Below, piece by piece: positions 51,113-60,299 of a stretch of 64,000 nt of DNA (the first letter of the stretch is position 1; every line of letters starts with the position of its first letter). The notes below the pieces were generated by a model. That model did no database searches. It was not told the DNA's origin and saw only the letters and a list, made by a program, of their open reading frames with translations. The DNA comes from an uncultured delta proteobacterium (GTDB taxonomy: Bacteria > Myxococcota_A > UBA9160 > UBA4427), in the NCBI GenBank assembly GCA_963822965.1, contig CAWGJT010000005.1, forward strand, positions 544,001 through 608,000. Direction: 5' to 3'. Position numbers and translations under genes: made by a program.

Positions 51113-52318
51113 ATGGAATGCGGACCGAGCGTGCGCGTCGCGAACTCGCGCGAGGCGCTGAAACGACTGCTCGCCGAGATCGAAGGCGCGCTCGAGGCGG
51201 GAGCCCGTCGTGCACCGGACTGGATCCACGTCCAGGGAAGCTGTCGGATCGACCAGCTGCCCCTGGCCGAGCTGGAGACGATCGTCCAGCGCCTGCATCG
51301 CTGCGTGCTGCGCGGCTTCCGCACGCGGCCGCTGCCCGCCTCCGACCCGCAGCGCCGCCTCGCCGTCTGGCGATGCATCGCGCGGAACGGCTTCCACGAC
51401 TTCGGCAGCCAGGGCTTCACGAAGTGCTACGACTCGCCCTGGGTGGAGAGCTACGACTACGTCGCGGACTACCTCGACGGCGGCCTCCAGGCCCTCGACG
51501 CCTACCGGGTGTACTCGGCCGTCCTCGGCACCCACGACTACACGATCGAGGACTTCCTGCAGACCCCCACCTGCGAGAAGGTCGAGACCGTCGTGGAGCC
51601 CATGGCCGGGACCGGCGAGTTCTCGTACCTCTCCCACTTCCGCCACCCGGAGCTTCGCTACATCCTCTTCGATCTCGACGAGACCGCGCGGCGCAAGGTG
51701 CTCGAGCGCCCGTGGCTGGCGGGCAGCGAGGCCGACTACCTGGTGGCGGACGTGCTCGATCCCGCCGTCTGGCGCGAGGTCGGACGACGGGGCCCGGGCC
51801 CCTCCCTGGCCTACATCGGGAAGCAGAGCCACCACTTCTTCGACGCACCGCAGCTTCACCGGCTGCTGGCCCTGGGCACCTCCCACGTCGACCACTTCAT
51901 CCTGGAGACGCCGGAGCCGGCGCTGGTCTCCGATCTCGCCGTCGTCGACGAGATGACCCGGCCGGAGATGGAGGACGCAGGCTTCGAGGTGGCCCTGGTG
52001 GAGGACGAGGCGTGTCCGCCGAACCCGTTCACGAACCGGCTGGGCTTCCGACTCGAGGCCTGGGACGCCCGCGAGCGGCGGGTCCTGTTCGAGTATCGGG
52101 ACTGGACGAGCTGGCAGCCTCCCATGCTCGTCGTCCTGGCCCACCTGCTGGATCTCGAGGTGCTCTACCTGAACGACGACGCGGGCGACTTCGTGCCCGT
52201 GGACGCCTGCACGCTGCCCCCGGACTCGCTGCCGGGCAGCCACCCGCCCGCGCACCTCATCGACCACGCCGAGGCCCAGTCGGGGGTCAACTTCATGCTG
52301 TTCCGGAAGCGGCGCTGA
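51113..52318 (+). CDS. Hypothetical protein with methyltransferase-like Rossmann domain
   Basis: VVEPMAGTGE, ILFDLD, ADVLD resemble SAM motifs I-III; GGAGGA RBS. Confidence 0.6.
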   Translation: MECGPSVRVANSREALKRLLAEIEGALEAGARRAPDWIHVQGSCRIDQLPLAELETIVQRLHRCVLRGFRTRPLPASDPQRRLAVWRCIARNGFHDFGSQGFTKCYDSPWVESYDYVADYLDGGLQALDAYRVYSAVLGTHDYTIEDFLQTPTCEKVETVVEPMAGTGEFSYLSHFRHPELRYILFDLDETARRKVLERPWLAGSEADYLVADVLDPAVWREVGRRGPGPSLAYIGKQSHHFFDAPQLHRLLALGTSHVDHFILETPEPALVSDLAVVDEMTRPEMEDAGFEVALVEDEACPPNPFTNRLGFRLEAWDARERRVLFEYRDWTSWQPPMLVVLAHLLDLEVLYLNDDAGDFVPVDACTLPPDSLPGSHPPAHLIDHAEAQSGVNFMLFRKRR

Positions 52319-52417
52319 GGCGCGCGGGCCGGCCCCTCCCGACGCGGCCACCCGAGGAACGCGGATGCGCGCCGCGGCACGCGCGCGGAAGAGGCCGGGG
52401 TTCGCGACCGGGAGACG

Positions 52418-52457
52418 GATCCCCGACCGCAGCTCACCCGAGCCGCGGCCGGGGATC
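52418..52457 (-). terminator. Stem-loop downstream of the secreted protein gene
   Basis: GATCCCCGACCGCAGCTC-accc-GAGCCGCGGCCGGGGATC; both mismatches become G-U pairs on the minus strand. Confidence 0.5.
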
Positions 52458-52516
52458 ACCCCCTTGGTGTTGACCGACGTCGATCGAGGTCGTCGATCGA
52501 CCCGGCGTCCTCGCGC

Positions 52517-53599
52517 TCAGGGCGCGCTGACGTCCGGGATCCCGGTGCACAGCGGGTGGAAGTTGCATTCCACCAGCGGAGTGATGACGCCGTCCTCGAC
52601 ACCGAGGAAGAGGCCTACCCCCGGCGCGTAGTACTTGCGCTCGAAGAGCCCGGGCTCGATGGACGCGAAGTCCTTGGTCACCACACAGTCGCCGGACGCG
52701 CAGAAGTGGTCGGCGAGCGCCTGGGGGACGAAGTCGTCCAGCCCCTCGCCGTTGCCGTACGAGTACGCGTTCGAGAGCACGGTCGCCGCGTCCTCGGCTT
52801 CGTCGAACAGATATTCCTGGCGATACGTCGTGCCGGGGGTGGGCGCCGCCTGCATCAGGACGCCGGGCTTGGCGTCGTCCCGACCGGTCTTCCACGAGCC
52901 CTCCACGTCGATCAGCTCGGGCGTCATGGGGTTGTCACCGTCGAAGACCTCGTAGGTCCTCGAGCTCTCCCCGCAGTACCAGACCGAGCCGTCCTTCGCC
53001 TGGGCCTCCCAGTCGTCGGTATCCTCGGTCACGACACCGTCCGCGGAGACGGCGTCGTGGACGGTGATGCAGGTGACCCCCTCGATCTGCTTCGTGGCGG
53101 CGGTCACCTCGACCACGTTCGTCTCGTCCTCGTTCTCGTATCGCCAGCGGTCCCCGATCGCGAGCGGCAGGTAGGGGTTCGGGTTCGTGAGGGCCGTGAA
53201 GTCCGTGTCGAAGCTCGCCGGGTCGAAGTCCGGGTCGTAGGGCCCGGGATCCGTCAGGTCGCAGAGCTCGTTTCGCGCCTCGTAGACGTCCCGACACTCG
53301 CCACGCTTCTCGGACGGCGCCGAGAAGGCGTCGACGAGGCACTCCTTCTTGTCGGCCCAATCGGCGTCGAAGGCGCAGACGGCGACGTCTCCCCACAGCT
53401 CCTCGAGCACCGAGTGGTTGCAGGACTGCAGGCCCGCACGCGCGTTCTGCGCGCAGGCGCCCGCGGGAGTGCCCGCATGATGTGTTCCCCACGCCAGCGC
53501 GGGGGGGGCGGCGATCCAGCTCGCCGCGACGAGCACGCTCGCGAGGGCGACGAGCGGACCGGTCTCTCGATAGGAAGGAAGTCTCAGATAGGCTCTCAT
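52517..53599 (-). CDS. Secreted hypothetical protein, Cys-rich N-region plus acidic beta-rich domain
   Basis: Signal peptide (ALA-W), GAGGAG RBS, NPYLPL..G.RW.Y, TDDW.AQ..DG.VWY.GE, KYYAPGVG. Confidence 0.8.
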   Translation of the reverse strand: MRAYLRLPSYRETGPLVALASVLVAASWIAAPPALAWGTHHAGTPAGACAQNARAGLQSCNHSVLEELWGDVAVCAFDADWADKKECLVDAFSAPSEKRGECRDVYEARNELCDLTDPGPYDPDFDPASFDTDFTALTNPNPYLPLAIGDRWRYENEDETNVVEVTAATKQIEGVTCITVHDAVSADGVVTEDTDDWEAQAKDGSVWYCGESSRTYEVFDGDNPMTPELIDVEGSWKTGRDDAKPGVLMQAAPTPGTTYRQEYLFDEAEDAATVLSNAYSYGNGEGLDDFVPQALADHFCASGDCVVTKDFASIEPGLFERKYYAPGVGLFLGVEDGVITPLVECNFHPLCTGIPDVSAP

Positions 53600-53645
53600 G
53601 GTTGCTCCTCGCTGTCGTTGACAAGGGGACTCTCCCCACGGCGGA

Positions 53646-53662
53646 TGCAAGCCCGATGCCCA
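53646..53662 (-). promoter_or_regulatory. Sigma54 (-24/-12) promoter
   Basis: Minus strand TGGGCATCGGGCTTGCA = GG-N10-GC with GGCA and TTGCA, about 47 bp upstream of ATG 53599. Confidence 0.7.
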
Positions 53663-53930
53663 ATGCGAGGGCGCCCTTGGGGCCGCGAGAGGCCGATACC
53701 CCGGAGCGTAAGCCTGCCTCGAACGGCAGAGGGCCGCCGGATTCCGCAGTCGCCGCGGGGCGTGACGACCGCGGGGGAGGGGGCGCCGCGGTGCGCCGCA
53801 TTCGGCGCTCGAGCGTGCCGGGTCCGGCAGGATCGCTCCGCGCGGCGGCGGCAGCGGCGCCGGGGCCCGGCACGCGAATTGCTGTTCCTGCCCTCCGACG
53901 AGGAACATCGGGGAGGAACGGAGAGGCCGA

Positions 53931-54354
53931 TCAGTCGATGTACATCACGACGCGGACCGAGCCGTCGACGACGCTCGCATTCACATAGCCGATCGCCCGG
54001 CGATCCCGGGCGACGAATCGCAGGATCGCCTGGTCGGAAGCCAGGGTCGCGGGCGGGAGTACGCCCTGGAAGTACTGGCGGTTCCAGTAGATCCCGAGCT
54101 GCGTGGCGTCCGAGACGCAGCACCCGGCGCGTGAACCGCTCGCGGGAGGGGCTGCCCGCCTCGCGGTTCACGGGGACGATGGGATCCCCTCCGGCCCAGA
54201 AGCGCCGGTGCTTCAGGTAGATCTGTGCGATGGCCTCGAGATCGAGCTCCACCACCCGATCCACGTTCACGATGATCGCCAGCCGCTCCGCGACCGCGGT
54301 GCCGGTCAGCAGCAGCGTCAGGAGCAGGGCGATGAGGAATGCGTGGACCCGCAT
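53931..54354 (-). CDS. Small periplasmic binding-protein-like protein (PstS/PBP2-like), frameshift near 54110
   Basis: Signal peptide, AIIVN, QIYL...W, YW...YF.G..PP, V.....AIGYV. Confidence 0.75.
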
Positions 54355-54364
54355 CTCGTTGGAC

Positions 54365-55614
54365 TCAGTAGACGAAGGAGAACGAAAGGCTGAGACCGCG
54401 GCGCACCACCTCGGTCTGCCGATCCGTCGCGCGGTAGCTCGCCTTGAGAATCAGGTAGGGCTTCGGCATCCAGGCGACCCCGAAGTCGCCCAGGTGGGCG
54501 TCCTGGCTGGAGCCGGAGGGGTCGATGTGCTCGTAGCGCGCAACCCCATAGAACGGTGGGCACGATCTCGAAGACGCCCTGCAGATACACGTCCCAGAGG
54601 TCGCGATCCTCGAGAGCGCCCTGCTGCAGGGTGAGCTCGCTGGTCAGCAGCAAGCGACCGAAGCGCACCTCGAAGTCGAGCCCGCCGAGATAGCTCCACG
54701 TCACCGCCGATCTCCGTGGCCAGGAAGGAGGACCCGACGGACCACTGCTCGAGCGCCCGGCCATACTGCACCCGGCCGCCGACGCTGTAGTCGGCGTGCT
54801 CGGGGTCCTCGCTCGGGTCCAGGGGATCGATGAACTGGCCGTAGACCCAGTAGTCCAGGGAGCCGCCGCCGGGATGGACGGAGCCCAGGATGGCGGCTCC
54901 GGTCTGGTGCTCGTCGAACGCGGTCTCCAGGAAGGCCGGATCGATGGGCGTCCAGACGAAGGGCTCGGCGGGCACCAGATTCCAGCGGCCGACGGGGGTC
55001 TGGTACTTGCCGACGCGCAGGGTGAACGGGTCGCCCACGCGCAGGTCGCCGTACAAGCCGTTCGAACGTGACGTTGGGATGCGAGTGGACCGAGCTCTCG
55101 TTCGTCTCCCACAGGAAGAGATCGCCGATCTCGATCTCCATGAAGCCGCGCAGGAACTCGTTGGGCTCGAGCAGCACCAGGAAGTTCACGCCGTCGAGCT
55201 CGAGCGACCCGTGCTTGCCGTTCTCGCGGTCGAACGCCAGGGTCGTGAATCCGCCGACGTGCAGGCCCGTGCGCCCGATCTCCAGGCCCCGCCCCAGGCC
55301 GTACTCGAGCGGCCCGACGGGGCGTGTCGAGCGAGAAGAGCGGGGCGTCGCCCGGCCGCAGCATGATCTCCGGCAGCGGCTCGTCGATGGCGCCGGGCTC
55401 GCCCTCGATCGTGGCACCCGGACCGACCGGCTCGGGACGGGACGACCGGGCATCGTCGGCCGGCGGCTCTTCCCCGGAAGCGTTCGCGTCCCCGGAAGCG
55501 TTCGCGGGCGCGTCCGGAGAGACGCTCGCAGGCGCACTCCGAGACACCCCCGCCGGCGCGAGCAGGAAGAGCGCGCACAGCAGCGCCGCGGCGCGCAGGG
55601 AGATCCAAGCGCAC
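54365..55614 (-). CDS. Outer-membrane beta-barrel/porin, at least 4 frameshifts, start uncertain
   Basis: Signal peptide, amphipathic strands (ERLYGD, LRVGK..TP.GRWN, VARYE), C-terminal LSLSFSFVY aromatic beta-signal. Confidence 0.7.
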
Positions 55615-55684
55615 GGTGCTAGGCTTACGCGAGGCTTATGGCCGTCACTCGCGGGGCCGCCCGAGTGCAGCAAGGGGGTTTCGT

Positions 55685-57435
55685 TTGACGCTACCTCCGC
55701 TCTCGCTGCGCGGCAAACTCTTCGCTCTTCGCCGCCGTCCTGATCCTCGTCCCGGGCATCCTGCTCGGGCTGCTGGCCAACCGCAGCGCGACGCGATTCG
55801 CTGCAGCGGGTGATCGGGCGGCAGCTGGCGCGCGAAGCCCTCCACACCAGCGAGCGCCTCTCCAGCATTCTTCGCAGCGAAGAACGCACGCTGCAGAGCT
55901 TTGCCCAGCAGGATCTCATGCGTGACGTGCGGGTCGCGGACATCGACAAGCGCGTCGCGCGCGCGCTGGCCACCCTGAAGAGCGGCAACGCGTCGCGCCT
56001 GGACTACTTCGTCGCCGAGCCCGACGGACACGTCGTCGCCGCCAGCAGCCCGCAGTGGATCGATCCGGACGCGAGCCGGCCCTGGCGATCGCAGCTGGCG
56101 CCCCTGCTCGCCGGGCGCGCGCGCCAACGGGGTCCGATCCGGATCGGCGAGTGGACGGCGCTGGCGATCTCGACGCCGGTGCCCGACCCCGACGGCGGCG
56201 AGCCGCTGGGCGTCCTGGTGGGTCTCCTCGACTGGAAGCTGCTGACGAAGGTCCTGGACGAGGTACGGTCGGATCTCGCCGCCCAGGGCATCGAGGCCAG
56301 CCTGGTCCTGGTCGCGCCCGACGGAACGCCGGTCGCCACCTCGGGTGCGGTTCCGGTCGCGCTGCCCGAGGCGGCGAAGACGGCGGGCTTCTCGGTGGAC
56401 GCCGAGCGCCAGCTGATCGTCGGACGCGCCGGGCTCGACTCGGACGTGCCGCCGTGGCGCCTGCTCGTGGTGGAGCCCCTCGATCACGCCCTCGCCCCGG
56501 CCCGGGCGCTCACGAGACACCTGGCCCTGACCATGGCGCTGGCCCTCGCCGCCGCACTGGTGGTGGCGACCCTGGCGGCGCGCCGGGTGGTCCGCCCCCT
56601 GAGCGAGCTCACCGACGCGATCCGGGGCATGGCTCGAGGCGACATTGGCGGCGCCTCGGTGCCGGTGCGCTCGGACGACGAGGTGGGCGTGCTCGCTCGG
56701 TCCTTCAACCAGATGGCGGGGGACCTCGACCGCACCCAGAAGAACCTCGTCGAGGCCGAGAAGTTCGCGTTCGTGGGCGAGCTGGCGGCGGGCGTGGCCC
56801 ACGAGGTGCGCACCTCGCTCGGGGTGCTGCGCAGCTCGGCCCAGATGCTCGGACAGGACCTCGCCGGGGCCGGCAAGCCCGCGGTGACGGAGCTCGTGGA
56901 GATGATCCGAGACGAGGTCGCGCGCCTGTCACGGGTGGTCGACGATCTCCTCACCCTGGACCGCCCTCGCGCGCTGCACTTCGAGCCCACGCCCCTCTCG
57001 CTGCCCCTGCTGCGCGCGGCGGAGTTCGTCGAGGCGCAGGCCCGGCAGAAGGGCGTCCACCTCGACGTGAAGCAGGCGGACGTCGAGGCGATCGTGTCCT
57101 GCGATCGCGAGGCCCTGCAGCACGTCTGCGTGAACCTCCTGGTCAACGCGGTGCAGACCCTGTCCGAAGGCGGCCACGTGGAGCTGCGGACGTTCGGGCC
57201 CGAGGCAGGCTCCGCGGCGTTCCACGTCGCGGACGACGGTCCGGGCATCCCGCCCGACCAACGCGCGCGCATCTTCGAGCCGTTCCGGACGGGCCGCGAC
57301 GTCGGCGTCGGTCTGGGGCTCACGTTCGTGAAGCGGGTCGTGCACGAGCACGGCGGACACATCGAGGTCGACGCCAGTCCCGCCGGCGGCGCGTGCTTCC
57401 GCGTCGAGATCCCGCTCTCGGAGGAGACATCGTGA
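55685..57435 (+). CDS. Sensor histidine kinase (Cache-like/HAMP/HisKA/HATPase), two 5' frameshifts
   Basis: DEVG.LA.SFNQM HAMP, VAHEVRT H-box, NLLVNA, DDGPG, GLGL; first TM segment lies upstream in a shifted frame. Confidence 0.88.
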
Positions 57436-58784
57436 GACCGGTGCTGGTGGTGGACGACGACAAGCGCACGCGTCGCATCCTGCAGATGCTGCTCGAGCGG
57501 CTCGCTCTGCCCTCGCGGGCCTTCGAGTCGGCGCCGGAGGCGCTCGAGCTCCTGCAGCGGGAATCCGCCGCCCTGGTGCTCACGGATCTCCGCATGCCCC
57601 GCATGGGAGGCATCGAGTTCCTGCGCGAGCTGCGCCGACTCGACGGCGAGGTGCCGGTGATCGTCCTCACCGCCTACGGCACCGTGGAGTCCGCCGTCGA
57701 GGCGATGAAGCTCGGCGCGGTCGACTTCCTCGCCAAGCCCTTCGACCTGGAGGCCCTCGAGCTGCTGATCGGCCGCTCGCTCGAGTACGCCCGGAGCCGC
57801 GTCGAGAACCGCTACCTGCGGGAGGCGGTCGACCGCGCCCCCGGCTCCGGCGAGATGGTGGGAGACTCGCCGGCCATGGCCGAGGTGTTCGAGCTCATCG
57901 AGAAGGTGGCACCCACCCGCAGCAGCGTGCTGGTCACGGGCGAGACCGGCACCGGGAAGGAGCTCGTCGCCCGGGCCATCCACCGCCGCAGCGCCCGCGC
58001 CGAGCAGCTCTTCGTGCCGCTCAACTGCTCGGCGGTTCCGGCGGAGCTGCTCGAGAGCGAGCTCTTCGGCCACGTCCGCGGCGCGTTCAGCGGCGCCCAC
58101 ACCGACCGCACCGGGAAGTTCCAGGCCGCGGACGGCGGCACCCTCTTCCTCGACGAGATCGGCGACATGGACTTCCGGCTGCAGGCGAAGCTGCTGCGCG
58201 TCCTGCAGGAAGGCGTGATCGAGCCGGTGGGGAGCAACCGGCGCACGCCGGTGGACGTGCGCATCGTCTCCTCCACGAACCGGGACCTGGCCGCCGCGAT
58301 GACGAGCGGCGAGTTCCGCGAGGATCTCTTCTACCGCCTGGACGTGTTCCACATCAACCTGCCGCCCCTGCGCGAGCGGCGCGAGGACGTGCCGGCGCTG
58401 GCGCGCTCCTTCCTGGCCCACTTCGGCCGCGAGCTGGGGCGCGGCCCGCTCGAGATCACCGACGGCGCCCTGGCGCTGCTGCAGGCGTGCGCCTGGCCGG
58501 GCAACGTCCGCGAGCTGCGCAACGTGATGGAGCGGGCGGCGGTGCTCGTGGAGGGAGCGGAGGTGGACGCGGCCCTGGTGCGGCGACTCCTGCCCCTGCG
58601 CGAGCCGCCGGAGACCGAGAGCACGAGCGATTCCCTGGACCTCGCCGCCGCCGTCGCCCGAGCGGAGCGGCGCACCATCCTGCGGGCGCTCGAGCGCACA
58701 GGCGGCAACAAGGCCGCGGCGGCCGGCCTGCTCGACATCGGCGAGCGGACCCTGTGGACCAAGCTCAAGAAGCACGGGGTATGA
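57432..58784 (+). CDS. Sigma54-dependent response regulator (NtrC/AtoC family)
   Basis: VLVVDDD, TDLRMP receiver; GETGTGKE, GAFSGA, FLDEIG, WPGNVREL; Fis-type HTH. Confidence 0.95.
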   Translation: MRPVLVVDDDKRTRRILQMLLERLALPSRAFESAPEALELLQRESAALVLTDLRMPRMGGIEFLRELRRLDGEVPVIVLTAYGTVESAVEAMKLGAVDFLAKPFDLEALELLIGRSLEYARSRVENRYLREAVDRAPGSGEMVGDSPAMAEVFELIEKVAPTRSSVLVTGETGTGKELVARAIHRRSARAEQLFVPLNCSAVPAELLESELFGHVRGAFSGAHTDRTGKFQAADGGTLFLDEIGDMDFRLQAKLLRVLQEGVIEPVGSNRRTPVDVRIVSSTNRDLAAAMTSGEFREDLFYRLDVFHINLPPLRERREDVPALARSFLAHFGRELGRGPLEITDGALALLQACAWPGNVRELRNVMERAAVLVEGAEVDAALVRRLLPLREPPETESTSDSLDLAAAVARAERRTILRALERTGGNKAAAAGLLDIGERTLWTKLKKHGV

Positions 58785-58820
58785 CGGCGGGCTAGCCCTG
58801 ATCCGTCATACGGATCCGGG

Positions 58821-59468
58821 CTACATCCCGGCGAGGGTCGTGCCGTCGTCGGCGGTGGCCCCGTCGAGGTGGGCGGTGCACGCAAAGAGCTCGAATCGCC
58901 ACGGCGCGGGGCCGGCGAGGCGCGAGAGCGCCGTGTTGCCGAAGCGGATGGGCGGCCCGTCCGGACCGAAGCTGCCCGGGGCGAGCTGGCCCGGCGGCTC
59001 GGCGAGGCGCACCGCGATGGAGTGGCAGACGAGTCCGTGGGTGACGACGGCCAGGTGTCCCTCGGTGGATTCGGCCAGGCGGCACAGATTCTCCCAGGCG
59101 CGATCCACCCGGGCGTGGAACGCCGCCCACGTCTCGCCGTTCGGCGGCGCGTAGTCCGGCGCGAAGAGCTCGATGCCCTGCTCGGCGAGCCGCGTGTAGG
59201 GCGTGCCGCGATGGTCCCCGAAGTGGCGCTCCTGCAGGTCGGGATCCAGCGACAAGGGGGCGCCCGTCGCCCGGAAGATCGGGTCCGCCGTCATGTGGGC
59301 GCGCGCCAGGTCGCTGGTGACGACGCGCCCGATGCCTGCGTCCGCGAGGCGGGCCGCCAGCAGCCGGGCCTGGGCGATCCCGCGCTCCGAGAGCGGCGTC
59401 TCCGGCGTCTGGACGACGCGCGCCCGATTCGAAGCCGTCTCGCCGTGACGGATGAGGTAGATCGCCAT
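58821..59468 (-). CDS. Histidine phosphatase (phosphoglycerate mutase) family protein
   Basis: LIRHGET, SDLARA..TA, LQERHFG, VVTHG. Confidence 0.9.
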   Translation of the reverse strand: MAIYLIRHGETASNRARVVQTPETPLSERGIAQARLLAARLADAGIGRVVTSDLARAHMTADPIFRATGAPLSLDPDLQERHFGDHRGTPYTRLAEQGIELFAPDYAPPNGETWAAFHARVDRAWENLCRLAESTEGHLAVVTHGLVCHSIAVRLAEPPGQLAPGSFGPDGPPIRFGNTALSRLAGPAPWRFELFACTAHLDGATADDGTTLAGM

Positions 59469-59477
59469 GCCCCGAGG

Positions 59478-60113
59478 CTATCGGCTGGCGGCGTCGCTGT
59501 CTCCGTCGTCGTGGCTCACGAGCCCGGCGAGGATGCCGCCGAGGATCTTGGGCTCGAGCAGAAGCTGGAGCGAGAAGGGCGCCCGGAGCTCCCGGCCCAT
59601 CTCCTGCAGGAAGAATTCGATCTCGCCGTACAGGGAGAGCACCACCGTGTCCGAGGGCGCATGGGTGCCGAGCAGCGCCGCGAGCAGCGGCCGCTCCTCG
59701 AGCGCGGGACGCCCGAGCTGCACCTCGGCCTGGGCGGCGGCCGCCAGCGCGTCGATCACCGCTCCCAGCACGCGGCTTCCCTGGTCGACGAAGCGGGTCA
59801 GGGGATCGGCGCCCGGCTGCGAATCGCGCTCGCCCGACTGCAGCCAGAGCAGCGCGTCGCCCGGGTCGAGGGCGAAGAGCGCCGTACCGGACAGCGGCCC
59901 CTCGAAGCGCTGGACGACCCCGGCGATCACGTCTCCCGACAGACCTCGGGAGGCGGCGGCGGGGTCCAGATGACAGATGGCGCCGCTCGAGAAGTCCTGC
60001 AGCTCGATGCGGGTTCCGTCGGCGGGCGTCGCAGCAAGACGCGTCCCCGCGTCCGAGAGCCCCGAGGCGAGGCAGTGGCGCAGCAGCTCGTGATGGCTGG
60101 TCGTGAGACTCAG
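59478..60113 (-). CDS. CheC-like protein (degenerate), probable CTG start
   Basis: GVVQRFEGPLSGTALF, EVQLGRP, LQLLLEP pattern of the CheC fold; the frame is open upstream of GTG 59930 to a CTG with GGAG RBS. Confidence 0.55.
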   Translation of the reverse strand: MSLTTSHHELLRHCLASGLSDAGTRLAATPADGTRIELQDFSSGAICHLDPAAASRGLSGDVIAGVVQRFEGPLSGTALFALDPGDALLWLQSGERDSQPGADPLTRFVDQGSRVLGAVIDALAAAAQAEVQLGRPALEERPLLAALLGTHAPSDTVVLSLYGEIEFFLQEMGRELRAPFSLQLLLEPKILGGILAGLVSHDDGDSDAASR

Positions 60114-60299
60114 GTCTTTCTCTCCAGGAGCCCCTTTGGGCAGGGGACCGCGATTGCAGAGACGGAGGATGTATCGTCCGCTGTCAGAAAAACCGAAGGG
60201 AAAATACCACTGGATTCGACGAGTACGAACGATTCCCGGACCGGACCGACCCGTTTGCGATCCGCGTCACGCGGCGTGCCGGAAGCCCGGCGGCAGCTC

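Noticed and set aside
55470..55507. 18-bp duplication (ANASGD/ANASGE)
   Set aside because: Low-complexity linker inside the porin N-terminus
60160..60260. AT-richer intergenic stretch as c-di-GMP riboswitch or sRNA
   Set aside because: No GEMM-type motif recognised; explained as divergent promoters (TGGTATTTT extended -10 on the minus strand)
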